A stretch of DNA of 64,000 nt from Verrucomicrobiia bacterium (GCA_035551475.1 DASZMX010000133.1:21205-85204); one strand, 5' to 3'; positions 9,138 to 19,476 are shown, numbered from the stretch's first letter. Translations and numbers: made by a program. Notes: generated by a model not told the origin, from the sequence alone.

Positions 9138-10409
9138 TTTCTTTTCGAGATTAGGCAGGAACACTGTCAATACGCCGATCAACGGCAAAAAGGAGCAGAC
9201 CAGAAAGACCACCTTAATGCTGGTGGCGTCGGCCAGCCACCCCAGCACCGCCGAGCCCATCCCGCCCATGCCGAAAGCCAGCCCGAAGAACAAGCCGGCA
9301 ATCATCCCAACTTTTCCCGGAAGCAATTCCTGCGCGTACACCAGGATGGCGGAGAACGCCGACGCCAGGACAAAACCCACCACCACGGAAAGGGCCGCGG
9401 TCCAGTAGAGCGAGACGTGCGGGAGCAGCAGCGTGAAGGGAGCCGCGCCCAAAATCGAGACCCAGATGACATATTTGCGGCCAATGCGGTCGCCCACCGG
9501 TCCGCCCACCAACGTGCCGGCGGCCACGGCAAACAGGAAAACGAAAAGATACATTTGCGCGTGGCGAATCGAGAGATGGAATTTGCTGATCAAGTAAAAC
9601 GTGTAATAACTCGACATGCTGGCCAGGTAAAAAAACTTGGAGAACATCAGCGCGATCAAGACCGCCAATGAAATGGTGACTTGCCGGCGGGTTAGCGCAT
9701 CCGCCGCGTGGCCGCCCTTCCCCTGCCCGCGGCGGTGCAAGCGAAACAAGTTCCGTTGATACCAGCCGCCCACTTTGGTCAGGGTGATTATGCCGCCAAA
9801 GGCGACGATGGAGAACCAAGCCACCCGCGATTGTTCACCGCTGGGCGCGATCACCAGCGCGGCCAGGAGCGGCCCCAGCGAACTGCCGAGATTGCCGCCC
9901 AGTTGGAAAAGAGATTGCGCGAATCCCCGGCGCCGCCCTGCGGCCATGTATGCGACGCGCGACGCCTCTGGGTGAAAAACGGAAGATCCGACGCCAATGA
10001 GCGCCACCGACATGAGAACAAACGCATAACGATTGGCGAGCGACAATAAAATCAATCCGACCAGCGTGCAGCACATGCCCGCCGCCAGCGAATAGGGATG
10101 CGAGCGCCGGTCCGTGTAAAAGCCGACCACCGGCTGCAAAATCGACGCTGTCAACTGGAAGGTCAAGGTGATGAGGCCGATCTGCGCAAATGAGAGATGG
10201 AAGTTTTCTTTGACCAGCGGATAGATGGACGGGATCAGCGATTGAATGATATCGTTGAGCAGGTGGGAAAAACTGATGGCGAGAAGAACACTTAAAACTG
10301 TGTTCTCCGCCGAAATCTCGCTGGTTTTGCCGGCCTTCTCCGCCCATTCCGCTCGCACAGGCCCAGAATAGCGGCTTTGGGCGACGGTGGCAAATGCGGG
10401 AGATTGCAA
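9132..10409 (-). CDS. MFS transporter, Fsr (fosmidomycin resistance)-like
   Basis: 425 aa and polytopic. ISFSHLLNDIIQSLIPSIYPLVKENFHLSFAQIGLITLTFQLTASILQPVVGFYTDRR matches the Fsr-type MFS N-terminal signature. Its convergent 3' end overlaps the FkbM gene by 6 nt. Confidence 0.8.
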   Translation of the reverse strand: MQSPAFATVAQSRYSGPVRAEWAEKAGKTSEISAENTVLSVLLAISFSHLLNDIIQSLIPSIYPLVKENFHLSFAQIGLITLTFQLTASILQPVVGFYTDRRSHPYSLAAGMCCTLVGLILLSLANRYAFVLMSVALIGVGSSVFHPEASRVAYMAAGRRRGFAQSLFQLGGNLGSSLGPLLAALVIAPSGEQSRVAWFSIVAFGGIITLTKVGGWYQRNLFRLHRRGQGKGGHAADALTRRQVTISLAVLIALMFSKFFYLASMSSYYTFYLISKFHLSIRHAQMYLFVFLFAVAAGTLVGGPVGDRIGRKYVIWVSILGAAPFTLLLPHVSLYWTAALSVVVGFVLASAFSAILVYAQELLPGKVGMIAGLFFGLAFGMGGMGSAVLGWLADATSIKVVFLVCSFLPLIGVLTVFLPNLEKKS

Positions 10410-10454
10410 CCGCTATTGACACGCGGGGCGCTTTTCGCTTTTGTCCTGCGAGCA

Positions 10455-11780
10455 GTGAAGAAGTTTTTCAAATCGATCGAAGGCTCCATCGTCGCGCCGC
10501 AGGGATTTCTGACGACGGGGGTTTTTTGCGACATCAAACGCCTCGGCACAGGCAAGGGCTCCAATCGCGGAGCCAAACGCGACCTCGCGCTAATCGTCTC
10601 GGAGGCGCCGGCCGCCGTGGCGGGAACATTCACCACCAATCAGGTGTGCGCCGCGCCGGTGAAATTATGCGCCGCGCGGTTAAAAAGCGGCGTTGGACGC
10701 GCCATCGTGGTGAACTCGGGAAATGCCAATGCCTGCACCGGCGCCCGCGGGAAAAAAGACGCCGAGGCCATGGCGGACCAAACCGCGAAGATTTTGGGGC
10801 TTCCGTCGCGCGAGATATTTGTCGCCTCCACCGGGCGGATCGGCGTGCTGCTGCCCATGCCCAACGTGCAGCGCGGGATCGCGGCGGCCGCCCAGGCGCT
10901 TGGGGCATCGAACGATCACGCCGCGGCAGCGGTCGAGGCCATCATGACGAGCGATACACGGCCCAAGCAAGCGGCCGTGGAATTTACCTTGGGCGGGAAG
11001 ACTGTGCGCATCGGCGGGATGTGCAAAGGCGCGGGCATGATCCAGCCGGGGATGAGCGCCACCGGCGCGCGGCCGGCGCTGCGTTCGCTGCATGCGACCA
11101 TGCTTTGCTTCCTGACGACGGACGCCGCGATCGACGCGCGCACGCTGCAGGTCGCCGTCAACGAGGCGGTCGCACAAAGTTTCAATCGCATTACCGTGGA
11201 CGGCGACATGAGCACCAACGACACGGTTTTAATTCTGGCCAACGGCCGGGCCGGCTGCGCGCCGGTCCGAAAAGGCACAAAGGAAATGGAAGTTTTCCAG
11301 GCGGCGCTGAACCAGGTGACGTTGGAATTGGCGCGCAAAATTGTGCTGGACGGCGAAGGCGTATCGCGCTTCGTGACGGTGCGGCTGACAGGAGCCAGAA
11401 CCCCTGCCGACGCCGAGTCCGCGGCCCGTTCCGTGGCGAACAGCGCCCTGGTGAAAACGAGTTGGCACGGCGGCGATCCGAATTGGGGCCGAATTCTTTG
11501 CGCGCTGGGCTATTCGAGCGCCCATATCGCCGAGGAAAAAATTGACGTGGGTTACAGCCTTCCGGGCGCGCGGCAGGTTTTGTATTCGTTGAAAGGCGGA
11601 CGCCCGACCAACGCGACTTTTGCCGCGTTGTGCAAAGTGGCGGGCGAGAAGGAATTTGACCTGCACATCAATTTGCACATCGGCAAATCAAGCGCGCTGA
11701 TGTATGCGGCGGATTTGACGGAGGAATATGTGGATTTTAACAAAGGCGACGTGACTGATCCGGCGTCGCTGGGCGGCTAA
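10455..11780 (+). CDS. argJ: bifunctional glutamate N-acetyltransferase / amino-acid acetyltransferase
   Basis: IVAPQGFLTTGV N-terminus, TNQVCAAPV, and the autoprocessing site context HATMLCFLTTDA. Start moved to the in-frame GTG at 10455 (V27 of the track ORF); the 10377 start would overlap the divergent MFS gene. Confidence 0.85.
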   Translation: MKKFFKSIEGSIVAPQGFLTTGVFCDIKRLGTGKGSNRGAKRDLALIVSEAPAAVAGTFTTNQVCAAPVKLCAARLKSGVGRAIVVNSGNANACTGARGKKDAEAMADQTAKILGLPSREIFVASTGRIGVLLPMPNVQRGIAAAAQALGASNDHAAAAVEAIMTSDTRPKQAAVEFTLGGKTVRIGGMCKGAGMIQPGMSATGARPALRSLHATMLCFLTTDAAIDARTLQVAVNEAVAQSFNRITVDGDMSTNDTVLILANGRAGCAPVRKGTKEMEVFQAALNQVTLELARKIVLDGEGVSRFVTVRLTGARTPADAESAARSVANSALVKTSWHGGDPNWGRILCALGYSSAHIAEEKIDVGYSLPGARQVLYSLKGGRPTNATFAALCKVAGEKEFDLHINLHIGKSSALMYAADLTEEYVDFNKGDVTDPASLGG

Positions 11781-12626
11781 ATGGAAAAATTAATCGCCAA
11801 AGCGGGCGCCCGGGGCCGGATTTTCGTGGTGAAATACGGCGGCAGTTTCATGGATTCGCCTGATCCAGCGGTGCGCGAAGGAGTGGCGCGGGATGTTGTC
11901 GCATTGCAGGCGGCGGGAATTTTGCCGGTGGTGGTGCATGGCGGCGGCAAAGCCATCACACGCGCCATGGAAGAGGCGGGCGTCAAGGCTAATTTTGTGC
12001 AAGGCATGCGCGTGACGGATGAAAAAACGTCCGCCGTCGTGGAGCGGGTCTTGTCGAACGAAATCAATCCGGAAATAGTCGCCACGATGAAAAAATTGGG
12101 CGGCAAAGCCCAAGGATTTTCGGGGACGGAGATTTTTCGGTGCGAGAAATTGTGGCTGCGCGACAGCGCGGGCGAAAAAGTGGACGTGGGTTACGTGGGT
12201 GACGTCACCGGAGTGGACGCGACCCAGCTGCGCGACACCTTGGCGGGAGGGCTGATACCGGTGATCAGCCCCACAGCGCGAGGCGGTGACGGGAAAATTT
12301 ATAATTGCAACGCAGACGTCGCGGCGGCGCAGGCGGCCATCGCTCTGGGCGCGCATCGGCTGGTGTTCTTGAGTGATGTGCCGGGTTTGCTGCGCGATCC
12401 GCAGGATCCGAAAACATTGATCTCACATTTGGCCGAAAGCGAGGTCATCGAATTAAAACGGGCCGGCATTATTGACCGGGGCATGATTCCAAAGGTTGAC
12501 AGCGCGGTGGCGGCGCGACGGGCGGGGGTAAAAGAGGTTTTATTTCTGGACGGTCGCGTGAGCCATGCGCTGTTGCGGGATATTTTCGCCGATGAAGAAA
12601 CCGGAGGAACAAAAATTGTTTCCTAG
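11781..12626 (+). CDS. argB: acetylglutamate kinase
   Basis: 281 aa with VVKYGGSFM and VVVHGGG motifs (amino-acid kinase family). ATG lies immediately after the argJ stop. Confidence 0.9.
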   Translation: MEKLIAKAGARGRIFVVKYGGSFMDSPDPAVREGVARDVVALQAAGILPVVVHGGGKAITRAMEEAGVKANFVQGMRVTDEKTSAVVERVLSNEINPEIVATMKKLGGKAQGFSGTEIFRCEKLWLRDSAGEKVDVGYVGDVTGVDATQLRDTLAGGLIPVISPTARGGDGKIYNCNADVAAAQAAIALGAHRLVFLSDVPGLLRDPQDPKTLISHLAESEVIELKRAGIIDRGMIPKVDSAVAARRAGVKEVLFLDGRVSHALLRDIFADEETGGTKIVS

Positions 12627-12692
12627 AAGGCGGCGCCGCCTCATGGCAGGATACCGATTCATGAAAAAACCAAACGACGGACGGACACGGGC

Positions 12693-13985
12693 ATGAGAAC
12701 GATTGTCCCCGCCCCGGCCGCGGAAGTTCGCAACGAGCTGCAAACGGTGCGGGAGCTTTTCGAAAAAAATGTCATCCCAACGTACGCGCGCTTTGATCTC
12801 GCGCTGGCGCGGGGCGAAGGCTCCTCGGTCTGGGACATGCACGGCAAACGCTACCTGGATTTTGGCGGCGGCATCGCCGTGTCGGGGTTGGGTCACGCGC
12901 ACCCGGAAGTAACCCAGACGTTAATTGAGCAGTCCCAACGCCTCGTGCACGTTTCGAATCTCTATTATCACGAGCCGCAAGGCCGTTTGGCGCAACGGCT
13001 GGTCAGCTTGATCGGCCCGGGAAAAATGTTTTTCTGCAACAGCGGCGGCGAAGCCAATGAGGGCTTGTTCAAGCTGGCGCGAAAGTTCGGCCATGACGAA
13101 GGGCGTTTCGAAATTTTGACCGCGGAAAATTCCTTCCACGGTCGCACGCTGGCGGCGATTGCGGCGACCGGCCAGCCGAAAGTGAAAAAGGGCTTTGAGC
13201 CGATGGTTCCCGGATTTCGCCATATTCCTTACAACGACCTTGCGGCGGCGCGCGCCGCCCTTTCGCCGGCCACGGCGGCCATCCTGATCGAGGGCGTGCA
13301 AGGCGAAGGCGGAGTTACTGCGGCCACGCCAGAGTATCTGCTTGGATTGCGAAAACTGTGCGATGAAAAAAATTTGCTGCTGCTGATGGACAGTGTGCAA
13401 TGCGGCTATTTTCGGACGGGCCGTTTTCAAAGTTTTCAACGGATTTTGGAGAATACGCCGGGGGCCGATGCGAGGGGATTTTTGCCGGACGGAATCTCGA
13501 TGGCCAAGGCCCTGGGCAACGGTTTTCCGATAGGCGCGTTTTGGGTGCGCCAGCCCCACGCGGATTTGCTGGGAGCGGGCAGCCATGGCACAACGTACGG
13601 CGGATCCCCTCTGGCCTGCGCGGTGGCGCTGAAAGTTTTGGAAATTGCGGAGCGGGACCGGCTGGCCGACAATGCGCGCCAGGTGGGAGCATTTTTGCAG
13701 GAACGATTGCAGCGCGTGGCGAACAAATATCCCAAAGTGGTGCGCGAAGTGCGCGGGCTGGGGCTGATGCTGGGCTTGGAACTGGCGGAAGGCATTCAGG
13801 AATTTGCCGCCAGCGACAAATCGGCGGCCGTGCAATTTATCAATCGCTTGCACGCTGCGGGGCTTTTGGCTATTCCAGCGGGAGCGCGAGTGATCCGGAT
13901 TTTGCCGGCGCTGAACCTGCGCGAAGCGGAGGCGGCGGAAGGCGCAGACATTATTGAAGCAACTGCGGGGAGACTAGCTGCATGA
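12693..13985 (+). CDS. argD: acetylornithine aminotransferase (class III aminotransferase)
   Basis: 430 aa with FCNSGGEANEGLFKLARK, LLLMDSVQCGYFRTGRF and GTTYGGSPLACA, in arg operon context. Confidence 0.85.
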   Translation: MRTIVPAPAAEVRNELQTVRELFEKNVIPTYARFDLALARGEGSSVWDMHGKRYLDFGGGIAVSGLGHAHPEVTQTLIEQSQRLVHVSNLYYHEPQGRLAQRLVSLIGPGKMFFCNSGGEANEGLFKLARKFGHDEGRFEILTAENSFHGRTLAAIAATGQPKVKKGFEPMVPGFRHIPYNDLAAARAALSPATAAILIEGVQGEGGVTAATPEYLLGLRKLCDEKNLLLLMDSVQCGYFRTGRFQSFQRILENTPGADARGFLPDGISMAKALGNGFPIGAFWVRQPHADLLGAGSHGTTYGGSPLACAVALKVLEIAERDRLADNARQVGAFLQERLQRVANKYPKVVREVRGLGLMLGLELAEGIQEFAASDKSAAVQFINRLHAAGLLAIPAGARVIRILPALNLREAEAAEGADIIEATAGRLAA

Positions 13986-14878
13986 AACATTTGTTGAGCT
14001 TGGAAAAATTGCCGCGCGCGGACATGGAGGCGATCCTGTCGGCTTCGGCCATCATGAAGGAGCAACGCGGCCGGCACTCCTTTCAACCGTTGGCGGGGCA
14101 GAATTGGGCGCTGATTTTTTCCAAGGCCTCCACGCGCACGAGGGTGTCGTTTGAAGTGGGCGTGCGGGAGTTGGGCGGACAGACGCTGTTCCTCAGCGCC
14201 AACGATATTCAATTGGGCCGCGGCGAGCCGATCAAGGACACCGCGCGCGTGCTGGGCCGGATGGTGAACGGCGCCATTATCCGCACGTTCGCGCAAAGTG
14301 ATGTGGAGGAATTCGCGAGCTATTCAGGCATTCCAACCGTGAATGCGCTCACGGATGAGGAGCATCCCTGCCAGATTTTGACGGACATTTTCACGTACCA
14401 GGAAAAACGCGGCTCAATCAAAGGGAAACGCGTCGTGTTCATTGGCGACGGCGCCTGCAACGTGCCGGCGTCCTGGATTTTCGCCGCGCAAAAATTGGAT
14501 TTTGAATTGCGCATTGCCGCCCCGAAAAAGTTTCAGCCCACGGCGGAATTTCTCGCCCGCGCCGGCGGCAAAACCATTTGCACCGAAGACGTCCTCGGAG
14601 CGGCCAAGGGCGCCGACCTGCTCTACACCGATGTGTGGGTGTCGATGGGAAAGGAAAGTGAGGCGGCGGAACGGCTGCAATCGCTGGCGGGCTATCAGAT
14701 TAATGAGGCGGCGCTGAAATTGGCCAAGCCCGACGTCCTGGTGATGCACTGCCTCCCAGCCTATCGCGGCAAGGAAATCGATGACGCCACGTTCGAGGCC
14801 AATGCGCCCACGATTTTTGACCAGGCAGAGAACCGGCTCCATTGCCAGAAGGCGATCTTGAACTGGATGGTGTCGTAA
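13982..14878 (+). CDS. argF: ornithine carbamoyltransferase
   Basis: 298 aa with the carbamoyl-phosphate motif SKASTRTRVSFE, HPCQILTD, DVWVSMG and HCLPA. ATGA overlap with the argD stop. Confidence 0.9.
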   Translation: MKHLLSLEKLPRADMEAILSASAIMKEQRGRHSFQPLAGQNWALIFSKASTRTRVSFEVGVRELGGQTLFLSANDIQLGRGEPIKDTARVLGRMVNGAIIRTFAQSDVEEFASYSGIPTVNALTDEEHPCQILTDIFTYQEKRGSIKGKRVVFIGDGACNVPASWIFAAQKLDFELRIAAPKKFQPTAEFLARAGGKTICTEDVLGAAKGADLLYTDVWVSMGKESEAAERLQSLAGYQINEAALKLAKPDVLVMHCLPAYRGKEIDDATFEANAPTIFDQAENRLHCQKAILNWMVS

Positions 14879-14888
14879 AGGCCGCCGC

Positions 14889-15722
14889 CTACTTGGGGGC
14901 GGCAAGTTGGGCTTTCACTTCCGCGATGGATTTGGCGATGGTTTCCTTGTCCGGCGAATACTTTTGCAACTCGGTAAGATCCGCCAGCAATTGCTGCCGG
15001 TTCCCCTCCTCCTTGTCGAGCAAGACCAGCTCGCCGTAAATCTGGTCGCAATCAATCGGGTCGGGTTTATCCCCGCGGGCCTCGTGGCGGTTCCATTTTT
15101 CCAACGCGATATGGAAAAGGTTGCGCGCAGTCCGGGGGTCGTTTTTGACATGCGCGTAAATACGGCCCAGCGCGGTCAGAATGTCCACGTTGTCTGGATT
15201 GGCGCGCAAGCCTTCGCGCAGGAAAGCCTCCGCCTCCTGCGGTTGTTTCAAGCGGGACAGCCAATAGGCGCCGGTGATGTAGCTGTCGGGATCCTGGGGA
15301 TCGAGCGCGGCGGAGAGCTTGAGCCACGGGAGCATCTCGCGCTCGTTCCCCCCAGAGAGATGCGTGTGCTCGGTGGGGTAAAAGTTCCGCCCAAACTTGT
15401 CAATAAAATCTCGTGGCGCCCCCAGGAAATTGCCTTCCTCTTCCTCGTGATGCTCATCATGGCCGGGCTCCTCGGCGGCCATGTGGGAATGGCCGCCGCC
15501 GCGCGGATGGTCGAAGATGCCGGGATAAAAACCGCTGTGAAAATAAGCGTCCGCCTTGGCGAAGAAATGATGCGCAAAGAGGCGGCGGCTGTCGCCCAGC
15601 AGCGACACCAGCAGGCTGGCGGAATTGCCGGCGCTATTATTGACCTCTTGAAAATACGGATCGAGGGTGGTGGCGAGGGTAAAACAGCACACGGCAATAA
15701 GCGCGAGCAAGGCCTTTTTCAT
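14889..15722 (-). CDS. exported TPR-repeat protein with His/Glu-rich segment
   Basis: Start moved to ATG 15722 (MKKALLALIAVCCFTLATT signal/anchor), which forms an ATGA overlap with the permease stop. Contains HPRGGGHSHMAAEEPGHDEHHEEEEG and TPR-like repeats (EAEAFLREGLRANPDNVDILTALGRIYAHVKNDPRTARNLFHIALEKW). Confidence 0.7.
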   Translation of the reverse strand: MKKALLALIAVCCFTLATTLDPYFQEVNNSAGNSASLLVSLLGDSRRLFAHHFFAKADAYFHSGFYPGIFDHPRGGGHSHMAAEEPGHDEHHEEEEGNFLGAPRDFIDKFGRNFYPTEHTHLSGGNEREMLPWLKLSAALDPQDPDSYITGAYWLSRLKQPQEAEAFLREGLRANPDNVDILTALGRIYAHVKNDPRTARNLFHIALEKWNRHEARGDKPDPIDCDQIYGELVLLDKEEGNRQQLLADLTELQKYSPDKETIAKSIAEVKAQLAAPK

Positions 15723-16498
15723 ACCGTGAGGGCTTTGCGGCGAAAGATCCCCCAAGCCAGGGCCAGCAGGAAAACTGAATACAGCGCCCCGTAAAGGGTC
15801 GCCCCCTCCACCGCCAGCGCCGTGACCGGGGCGTGGTTATGGACAATGATCTTGCGGATGTCGAAGAACTCGAGATGCGGAATAAAATAATAAAGCGCGT
15901 AAGTGATCGCGCCTTCAACCCCGCCAATGCCGGCGGCGATGCGATTTAAATATTGGCCGGCGAAAAGCAATCCGATGATGACGATGAAACAAATCGTGGC
16001 GTTGGACGACGGCGCGGTGAAAACAACGGAACCCAGCAGGACCATCGCCGTCACAATGCCGAGGCAAATCCAGTGCAGCCAGACCGCCTGAAAATAAGGC
16101 GTAAACGCCAGGGCATGCTCGCGCGAGCCAATGATGACGCCGTAGAAAAAATAGAACAGGAGCAGGGAAATGCCGCAGGCCAGCCAGCAGCCAACGAATT
16201 TGCCGCCGATTAATTGCGCGCGAGTGACCGGTTTGGCGAGGAGCGGAAAAATCGTGCGGCTTTCCCGCTCGGCGGGGATTTGCCGCGCGGCCGTCGTGAT
16301 GGCAATGACCAGCGAGCAAACCCAGATCAGCAAGAGACAAATCTCCTTGAGGTAGCGGACGATCTGCTCGTCGTTGAAAATGTTGGCGGAGCCAAGGATG
16401 AGGGTAAGCAAGGCGGTCAGGACGAAAAGCACGTAAAAATCCTTGCGGCGATAAAGCTCCTTGATGACGACCCCAGCCAAAGCGAAGACGTTATTCAT
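15719..16498 (-). CDS. ABC-2 type transporter permease
   Basis: Start moved to ATG 16498 (MNNVFALAGVVIKELYRRKDFYVLF), 2 nt after the ATPase stop. About 6 predicted TM segments; ABC-2/NosY-like size and layout. Confidence 0.75.
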   Translation of the reverse strand: MNNVFALAGVVIKELYRRKDFYVLFVLTALLTLILGSANIFNDEQIVRYLKEICLLLIWVCSLVIAITTAARQIPAERESRTIFPLLAKPVTRAQLIGGKFVGCWLACGISLLLFYFFYGVIIGSREHALAFTPYFQAVWLHWICLGIVTAMVLLGSVVFTAPSSNATICFIVIIGLLFAGQYLNRIAAGIGGVEGAITYALYYFIPHLEFFDIRKIIVHNHAPVTALAVEGATLYGALYSVFLLALAWGIFRRKALTV

Positions 16499-16500
16499 TG

Positions 16501-17256
16501 TCAAGATGACGGTTGCGCGGAATAGCCGATGATTTTCAAAAAAATCTGCTCCAGGTTGCACTGGTATTGCTGGAGGAGAGCCTCCACCCTGCCCTCCACG
16601 CGCAGCCTCCCTTCGTGCAGGATGGCGACGCGATCGCAGACGGTTTCGACTTCGCCCAGTTCGTGCGACGAGAAAAAGACCGTTTTGCCCTGATCCTTGA
16701 GACGTTGGATGATCTCGCGCACTTTCATGCGGCCGAGCGGGTCGAGGCCGCTGGTCGGTTCGTCGAGGATCAGGAGGTCGGGATTGTTAATGAGCGCCTG
16801 GGCCAGACCCACGCGTTGCTGCATGCCTTTGGAATACGTTTTAATCAGGCGTTTGCGGGCGCCTTCCAATTCCACCAGCTTCAACACATCCGCAATGCGC
16901 TGCTCCCGTTCGGCGCGGGGGATTTTAAAAATTTTCGCGTAGAAGCGGAGCAATTCCTCGGTATTGAGAAATTTGTAGTAATAAGTCAGCTCCGGAAGGT
17001 AGCCGATTCGCTGGCGGGCGATGGGTTTGCGCACATCGACGCCAAAGATGGAGGCCGAGCCGGACGTCGGATTCACGAACCCCAGCAAGACGTTCATGGT
17101 GGTGGTTTTGCCCGCGCCATTGGGGCCGAGAAAGCCGAAAACCTCGCCTTGCTGAATGCGCAAATTGAGGCCGTCCACCGCGAGCTTGCTCTTCCCACGC
17201 AGGTCGCGGCTGGGGAATTCCACGCGCAAATCGGCAATTTCGAGCACGGCGTTCAC
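16501..17256 (-). CDS. ABC transporter ATP-binding protein
   Basis: Walker A GPNGAGKTTT, signature YSKGMQQR, Walker B LLILDEPTSGLD. Start is ambiguous (TTG 17289, GTG 17256 or GTG 17247); 17256 is given. Confidence 0.85.
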   Translation of the reverse strand: MNAVLEIADLRVEFPSRDLRGKSKLAVDGLNLRIQQGEVFGFLGPNGAGKTTTMNVLLGFVNPTSGSASIFGVDVRKPIARQRIGYLPELTYYYKFLNTEELLRFYAKIFKIPRAEREQRIADVLKLVELEGARKRLIKTYSKGMQQRVGLAQALINNPDLLILDEPTSGLDPLGRMKVREIIQRLKDQGKTVFFSSHELGEVETVCDRVAILHEGRLRVEGRVEALLQQYQCNLEQIFLKIIGYSAQPSS

Positions 17257-17314
17257 ACAGCAAGAATATGACCAATCAACATAATTCAAAGCGCAAAAAG
17301 CCGGAAACCCGGCT

Positions 17315-19474
17315 TTACGTGCAGTAGCTGCTGATGGCCTGGCGCCAGGAAGGGGCCAAGGTTGTTTCGGGGCGCAGCCAAATCTGCCGGTGCATCCAGG
17401 CCATGGAATCGGCGTCCGAAAGAATGATCATTTTTTCATCGGGGCGAAGTTCGTCAAACCCGCGCACGATGAGCTTTTCCGCGATCCATTTGACGTCAGG
17501 CCCGCTGGCGCCGATTTTCGCCAGGGCCTGGGCGGATTCCGGATTGAGCTGGGCTTCGCGCAACATCGAGACGTGGATGGCGTTCAGATATGGATCAACG
17601 ACGCTTTGAATGAGATGCGGAATCTGGGGCCCGGCCGCCTCGTCTTGTTCGGCCAGAGCCAGACGGGTTTGGAGCGCGACCAATTCCGGCGGAGGCGAGG
17701 TTTCCTCCGGAGTCAGGAAGAGGCCGAAATCCTTGGCAATATCGCCCCAGCGGGCGCGGCTGGTGAAAACGCTCAGCGGAATCGCCAGCGCCATGCCCAG
17801 GAACAAGGGCAGAAACCAAAAAAATGTGTTGGGCATAAACCACAAGATGATTCCACCCCACCCCAAACCAATGGCGGTTTGCCACCAATGCTGGCGCAAG
17901 GCATAGGCCCAGGAATTGCCTTCCGCGGTGCGGGTTTGCGTTCCCCAATCAATCGTTTTGCCGCGCAGAATGGTGAAGACGAAACGCGTGTGCCAGAGCA
18001 TTTGCAGCGGCGCGTGCAGCGTGGAAAATGCTGTTTCCGCAATGGTGCCCACAAGAATATGCGCCATGCCGCCAAAAGCCTGCCGACGCTGGTGGTCGAA
18101 GAAGGCGTCAATCACCGCGAGAACGCGCGGCACCAGCAGGACGCCCATGCAAAGGAGGAACACGAGAAAAGCGTGGGCGGCGGCATCGAGATCCAGGTCC
18201 GCCATCCAGCTATGCACGGTGATTTGCGAGAGGCCGATGGCGCTGGTCAAAAGCCACATCCAATAAAACGTGACGAGAAAGGCGAGCCAAAGCGGACTGG
18301 CGAGATACCCGAAAATTCCCTGCACCAAATGGATGCGGCTGATGCCATGCAAACCGCGCGCCCCGAGCACCATCATGTGCTGGAGATTGCCCTGGCACCA
18401 CCGCCGGTCGCGCTTGGCATTCTCAATCATGTCAGGAGGCCCCTCCTCGTAGCTGCCATCCAATTGCCACGCCAGCCACACCTGGGAATTTTCGCGCAGC
18501 AACAAAGCAGCTTCCACAAAATCGTGCGAGAGAATGAAGCCGCCGAAGGGTTTGCGCCCGGGCAATTGCGGCAGCGCGCAAAATTTCATGAACGTCTCGG
18601 TGCGAATAATGGCGTTGTGCCCCCAATAATTCGCAAAACCCTCGGACCAATGGTCGAGCCCGCGAATAAAAATCGGCGTGTAAAACCGATTGGAAAATTG
18701 CTGCATGCGCCCGAACAGCGAGCGCGCGTTGAAAATGCCGGGCACCGTTTGGATGAGGCCGCTGGCGGGATTGGCCTCCATCAAATTCACAAGATTCACG
18801 ATGGTGCGCCCATGCATGACGCTATCGGCGTCGAACGTGATGAAGTAACGGTAGCGCTGGCCCCAAACGCTCAAAAATTCCCGGATATTGCCGGACTTTT
18901 TGCCCTCGTTGTCCACCCGGCGCCGGTAATAAATGCGGCTCATGCCGCCCGTTTTCTGGATGAGTTTTTGCCAGGCCTTTTCCTCCTCGATCCATTTTTC
19001 CGGATCGGTGGAATCGCTCAGGATAAAAAAATCAAAGCGCTCCACCTGCCCCGCGCTTTTCAGGGAATTATAGGTGATGCGCAGGCCCTCGTACACGCGC
19101 GTAATATCTTCGTTGTAGATGGGAAAAAGAATGGCGGTGTTCGCGGCGGGATCGATGGGATCATCCGCTTGAATGGAAGCCGGCCGATGCACCAAATCAA
19201 TGCGGCGCAAAACGAAACCATAAAGCGCGTGCATGAAGCCAATCGCCGCGAAGAAAAAAAGCAGGAAAAATAAAACCAGCAGAATGGTGCGCGAGCCCGA
19301 CCACCCTGTGCGCCACAAAAGATCAGCGAAAAACACCGACACAAAACACGTCAAGAACATCGCCAGGGAATACAAGCTGAACAGACGCAGCCCGCGCACC
19401 ACCGGGGAAGCGGGCGTCAGGATCAGCCGTGAGGCGGCTTCGGCGGCAGGCATGGTCTCCGGCTCCGAAATCAT
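17315..19474 (-). CDS. opgH: glucans biosynthesis glucosyltransferase H (GT2, OpgH/MdoH)
   Basis: ILFPIYNEDITRV, GKKSGNIREF, ITFDADSVM and RDRRWCQGNLQH (QxxRW-type), flanked by multiple TM segments. Start moved to ATG 19474 (MISEPET), 2 nt after the upstream stop. Confidence 0.85.
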   Translation of the reverse strand: MISEPETMPAAEAASRLILTPASPVVRGLRLFSLYSLAMFLTCFVSVFFADLLWRTGWSGSRTILLVLFFLLFFFAAIGFMHALYGFVLRRIDLVHRPASIQADDPIDPAANTAILFPIYNEDITRVYEGLRITYNSLKSAGQVERFDFFILSDSTDPEKWIEEEKAWQKLIQKTGGMSRIYYRRRVDNEGKKSGNIREFLSVWGQRYRYFITFDADSVMHGRTIVNLVNLMEANPASGLIQTVPGIFNARSLFGRMQQFSNRFYTPIFIRGLDHWSEGFANYWGHNAIIRTETFMKFCALPQLPGRKPFGGFILSHDFVEAALLLRENSQVWLAWQLDGSYEEGPPDMIENAKRDRRWCQGNLQHMMVLGARGLHGISRIHLVQGIFGYLASPLWLAFLVTFYWMWLLTSAIGLSQITVHSWMADLDLDAAAHAFLVFLLCMGVLLVPRVLAVIDAFFDHQRRQAFGGMAHILVGTIAETAFSTLHAPLQMLWHTRFVFTILRGKTIDWGTQTRTAEGNSWAYALRQHWWQTAIGLGWGGIILWFMPNTFFWFLPLFLGMALAIPLSVFTSRARWGDIAKDFGLFLTPEETSPPPELVALQTRLALAEQDEAAGPQIPHLIQSVVDPYLNAIHVSMLREAQLNPESAQALAKIGASGPDVKWIAEKLIVRGFDELRPDEKMIILSDADSMAWMHRQIWLRPETTLAPSWRQAISSYCT

Positions 19475-19476
19475 AA

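Noticed and set aside
12628-12641. Perfect palindrome AGGCGGCGCCGCCT just after the argB stop
   Set aside because: No loop is possible beyond 2-4 nt and no U-tract follows. argD follows in the same operon, so it was not called a terminator.
17390-19273. 627-aa ORF on the plus strand
   Set aside because: It is entirely antisense to opgH, which has GT2 and QxxRW-type motifs. Its product is Arg/Gly/Pro-rich and low in complexity.
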